A stretch of DNA of 6,953 bases from a virus: IMG/VR virus record IMGVR_UViG_3300029226_000131, positions 1 through 6,953 of that record, one strand, 5' to 3'. Below the pieces are notes generated by a model. That model had not been told where the DNA came from. It saw only the letters and a program-made list of their open reading frames with translations, and made no database searches. The stretch's first letter is position 1, and every line of letters starts with the position of its first letter. Made by a program: the position numbers and the translations under genes. Positions 5,053 to 6,953 of this stretch are shown here, piece by piece.

Positions 5053-5421
5053 TCAGGCAACTAAATGTAAACGCTGTTTAGGCGTGTATTGTGAAACTGG
5101 TAATTGATAATCTTGTGGTAATTGATCGCACATCTTGAGTTCAAACATGCGTACAAATGGAATGACCTTACCGTTTGGATTCTTAGCAAGGTTTTGTAAG
5201 TGTGATTTGCTAATTTCGCATTCTAAAAGCGAGTTGATGCACTTATGAAATTGAGCTTTGCTATAAATTTTTTGAGTAGCTTGTAAACCCATTTGACGTA
5301 CTAATGAGTAAAATTTCATAGCGTTCATTGCTTTGATATAACTGGGCTTACCAGTCTTTGTATATGTAACCAACTTAGATTTAAGTAAATCTAAGATTTC
5401 TCCATCTGATGAAAAATTCAT
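5053..5421 (-). CDS. gX: Nested in-frame gX-like product (C-terminal 122 aa of pII)
   Basis: The in-frame ATG at 5421 is preceded by AAGGG 7 nt upstream. MNFSSDGEILDLLKSK aligns with the f1 pX start MNIYDDSAVLDAIQSK (remembered sequence). Confidence 0.5.
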   Translation of the reverse strand: MNFSSDGEILDLLKSKLVTYTKTGKPSYIKAMNAMKFYSLVRQMGLQATQKIYSKAQFHKCINSLLECEISKSHLQNLAKNPNGKVIPFVRMFELKMCDQLPQDYQLPVSQYTPKQRLHLVA

Positions 5422-6276
5422 ATATTTACCCTTCATTGTGTCTAAGATCGGGTCGAAAGCTACGTGCCAGAGGCGTAGCAATAATTCTGGCTGTTCATGT
5501 TGAAGCTTTATTAGCTCAAATAAATTTGTCGGATAACCGTTTTTGGTCATGTATGTTTTACATATACGAGCTTCTAAACGAAGAACTGCATTAGCAAACG
5601 GTAAGGCATCATGCATTGCAAAAACTAAGGCTTTAGAGCGTTGACAGCCCTTGTCTGCTTGTTTCTGAATCTTGTTAAGTTGGCTTTTTACTTCTTCGAA
5701 TTTGCCGTAAGCCTTTGGACGAACACTGGCACCGTCATTACCCCAAGTAATATAGTTTTCATATTTGATTTGACGGGCTTTACGGTGTCCAGATGCAAGA
5801 TTTGCCATGTAATCCAAAACAGGTTGAACCATGTTCTGATGAGGCAATCTAAATAAGTAAGTCGTATCAAGGTGCAATACTTCGGTTTTTTCAAAATCTA
5901 AAATTGGAACCAAATTAGGAAATGCTTCAATCAACATGCCAAGCATTTGATCTGCACCTAATTCAATAGATTCAAAACCATATACGTTGTGACCTTGAAG
6001 CAATTTAAGCGGTGATGCTTTGATTTCAACATAAGGCGGTGTATTCATCGTATTTGTATAGAACTTCATAGCCATATCAGTAAAGTCTGAGGCTAATGAC
6101 TCATAAGGATGATACAAATCCCCTGTTATTGTCTGACCATCATCTGACTTACTTACATGGCGTGTAGCTGCAGGAATTCCATAGTCGCGAATATCACCAT
6201 TAAACCAATGGTGATTATCAAGACTGCGAACAAACGCAATATTGATTGGAATCGCTAAACGGAGAAAATCGAGCAT
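5053..6276 (-). CDS. gII: Rolling-circle replication initiator / nickase, Ff gene II family
   Basis: Several blocks match remembered f1 pII. MLDFLRLAIP matches MIDMLVLRLPF. HPYESLAS matches HPFESLPT. VEIKASPLKLLQGHNVYG matches VEIKASPAKVLQGHNVFG. LRLEARICKTYM..NLFELI matches VRFEARIKTRYL..NLFDAI. ECEISKSHLQNL..VIPFVRM matches ECGIPKSQLMNL..VVPLVRF. Confidence 0.93.
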   Translation of the reverse strand: MLDFLRLAIPINIAFVRSLDNHHWFNGDIRDYGIPAATRHVSKSDDGQTITGDLYHPYESLASDFTDMAMKFYTNTMNTPPYVEIKASPLKLLQGHNVYGFESIELGADQMLGMLIEAFPNLVPILDFEKTEVLHLDTTYLFRLPHQNMVQPVLDYMANLASGHRKARQIKYENYITWGNDGASVRPKAYGKFEEVKSQLNKIQKQADKGCQRSKALVFAMHDALPFANAVLRLEARICKTYMTKNGYPTNLFELIKLQHEQPELLLRLWHVAFDPILDTMKGKYMNFSSDGEILDLLKSKLVTYTKTGKPSYIKAMNAMKFYSLVRQMGLQATQKIYSKAQFHKCINSLLECEISKSHLQNLAKNPNGKVIPFVRMFELKMCDQLPQDYQLPVSQYTPKQRLHLVA

Positions 6277-6390
6277 ATGAAATCACAAATTCATAAATCA
6301 CTTTTAACACATAAAAACATAAATCACATATGAATTCAATCACAAATCACAAATTCATTTAGAATTAAGTGATTTTAAAAGGATTATCAA
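6277..6390. promoter_or_regulatory. Divergent control region between gII and the RHH regulator. It carries six AATCAC[A/T] heptads and a 15-bp direct repeat.
   Basis: Direct heptads lie at 6281..6287, 6296..6302, 6322..6328, 6338..6344 and 6345..6351 (the last two are contiguous). One inverted heptad lies at 6368..6374. AAATCACAAATTCAT occurs at 6280..6294 and 6344..6358. A possible plus-strand -10 TAGAAT lies at 6360..6365, and SD AAGGA at 6379..6383. Confidence 0.7.
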
Positions 6391-6594
6391 ATGGCTAAGA
6401 CATTTCGTTTTACAGATGAAGAAGAACAAGCACTTAATGAAGTTGCTTTAAAATTGAATAGAGATTTAGTTAAAGCAGGTAAAAAGCCTTTGAGAGATAC
6501 TGAAATATTTCATGAAATCATCAAACAAACTTTACTTGATGGAATAATTGAAGTTAATAGAGATGGAAATGTAAAAGTAGAAACAAAAAACTAA
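6391..6594 (+). CDS. Small transcriptional regulator, ribbon-helix-helix-like, in the rstR position (candidate phage repressor)
   Basis: 67 aa. The N-terminal KTFRFT strand followed by the helix DEEEQALNEVALKL is the typical RHH (Arc/CopG/omega) pattern. It is the only plus-strand gene, is divergent from gII, and has SD AAGGA 7 nt upstream. Confidence 0.65.
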   Translation: MAKTFRFTDEEEQALNEVALKLNRDLVKAGKKPLRDTEIFHEIIKQTLLDGIIEVNRDGNVKVETKN

Positions 6595-6710
6595 AATTAG
6601 TGATCAATATTTAATCGAAATAGTGGTTAAATAAGAAACATTCTCAATAACTCTGAAAGCTCCGTTATATATAGCTCACAGCAGGAATTGAAAAAAACTT
6701 TCGAGACTCA

Positions 6711-6736
6711 GGCACACTATTAGATAGCAGTGTGCC
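6711..6736 (-). other. Candidate plus-strand replication origin hairpin with an Ff-like nick motif
   Basis: The minus strand reads GGCACACT-GCTATCTAAT-AGTGTGCC, an 8-bp stem with a 10-nt loop. TAATAGTG spans the loop and 3' arm exactly as in f1 ori (GAGTCCAC-GTTCTTTAATA-GTGGACTC, nicked before AATAGTGG). Confidence 0.5.
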
Positions 6737-6749
6737 CTATCTCAAATCT

Positions 6750-6818
6750 GGTTCTGTTCTGCTCGGTCGGGCGGTCGAACGTCCCTCCTCCCTTCCTTGG
6801 TCGCAGACAGAACAGACC
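6750..6818. repeat. Imperfect 11-bp inverted repeat enclosing a 46-nt GC-rich loop that has its own hairpin. Candidate packaging signal or minus-strand origin.
   Basis: CTGTTCTG (6754..6761) pairs with CAGAACAG (6808..6815), and flanking pairs extend the stem. Bases 6761..6804 are 31/44 G+C. An inner hairpin spans 6769..6785 (GGGCG-GTCGAA-CGtCCC). CGGTCG occurs twice. A 17-nt homopyrimidine run lies at 6782..6798. Confidence 0.5.
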
Positions 6819-6953
6819 GAAATCGCATAATGCGGATTGATGTTAAATGTACTGCATCCTCGAAAACGAAAATGACATTTTCTGGTTGGGAAAATGCCAT
6901 TTTAAAAAGTTGCAGTGCAAGTAACATAATCACGCAGTTACATTATGCGAAAT
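6805..6953. repeat. Copy 2 of the exact 149-bp direct repeat. It carries second copies of dif-like sites A (6820..6848) and B (6919..6953) and of the twin palindromes (6868..6904).
   Basis: Identical to 1..149. Confidence 0.97.

Larger units (their letters stand above)
1..6953 (-). mobile_element. Filamentous phage (Inoviridae) genome or prophage unit with CTXphi-like layout. Unit length is 6804 bp, plus 149 bp of the next copy or circular overlap.
   Basis: Gene order on the minus strand is gII(gX)-gV-small ORFs-gVIII-terminator-gIII-gVI-gI(Zot), with tight or overlapping junctions (ATGA at 2103..2106 and 4741..4743). There is one divergent small regulator and one intergenic region with hairpins and dif-like sites. 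Bases 1..149 equal 6805..6953. Confidence 0.9.

Noticed and set aside
5409-5894. Three short ORFs inside gII: 5409..5594 (+), 5641..5856 (+) and 5688..5894 (-)
   Set aside because: All are embedded in the strongly supported gII frame. None has recognisable motifs or a ribosome-binding site.
6277-6333. An 18-codon plus-strand ORF (MKSQIHKSLLTHKNINHI) starting back-to-back with the gII ATG in the CATATG palindrome
   Set aside because: It is made entirely of the AATCAC heptad array and has no SD. The repeats are better explained as operator DNA.
6618-6626. A second AAATAGTGG match to the Ff nick motif, on the plus strand
   Set aside because: It is on the strand opposite to the gene-sense (viral) strand and is not embedded in a hairpin. 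A 7- to 8-mer match is within chance expectation. The 6711..6736 site is preferred.
6761-6804. The GC-rich segment as a possible tRNA 3' fragment or integrase-type att site
   Set aside because: No GTTCGAATC-type T-loop with a matching 5-bp T-stem is present, and there is no CCA-proximal acceptor pattern. The genome has no integrase. The best local hairpin (6769..6785) has only 5 bp with a bulge.
6742-6933. A 63-aa minus-strand ORF running through the GC-rich island and the attP region
   Set aside because: It spans the structured non-coding intergenic region (hairpins, dif-like site, palindromes). Its Arg/Pro-rich segment simply reflects the GC island. No SD was seen.
1-6953. A search for CRISPR arrays, rRNA or tRNA genes, IS elements, an integrase or a secretin
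   Set aside because: No regularly spaced repeat-spacer array, no cloverleaf-compatible segment, no transposase- or integrase-sized ORF and no gIV-sized ORF exists in any frame of the window.

Overview
The window holds one complete genome unit of a small filamentous phage (Inoviridae). The first 149 nt are repeated exactly at 6805..6953, so the unit is 6804 bp. This is either a circular genome written with terminal overlap or a slice of a tandem prophage array.

All replication, coat and assembly genes lie on the minus strand, in Ff/CTXphi order:
- gII-like initiator (5053..6276) with a nested gX-like restart
- gV-position ssDNA-binding protein
- two or three tiny ORFs
- gVIII-like major coat (3974..4264), followed by a textbook intrinsic terminator
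- gIII-like adsorption protein
- gVI-like protein (112 aa)
- gI/Zot assembly NTPase (586..2106)
- a small accessory cassette of unknown function (149..465) in the slot where CTXphi carries ctxAB

The only plus-strand gene is a 67-aa ribbon-helix-helix-like regulator (6391..6594). It is transcribed divergently from gII across a 114-bp region packed with AATCAC[A/T] heptads.

No integrase, transposase, secretin (gIV), tRNA, rRNA or CRISPR array is visible.

The most interesting content is non-coding:
1. Two inverted dif-like XerC/XerD sites (16..44 and 115..149) can fold into a roughly 130-nt forked hairpin, like the CTXphi ssDNA attP.
2. A third dif-like site with a canonical TGTATA centre sits inside the structural module (4603..4630).
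3. A hairpin carries an Ff-like gII nick motif, TAATAGTG (6711..6736).
4. A 70% G+C structured island (6750..6818) stands out in an otherwise AT-rich genome.

All functional calls rest on reading the sequence and on remembered family features. No database search was run.
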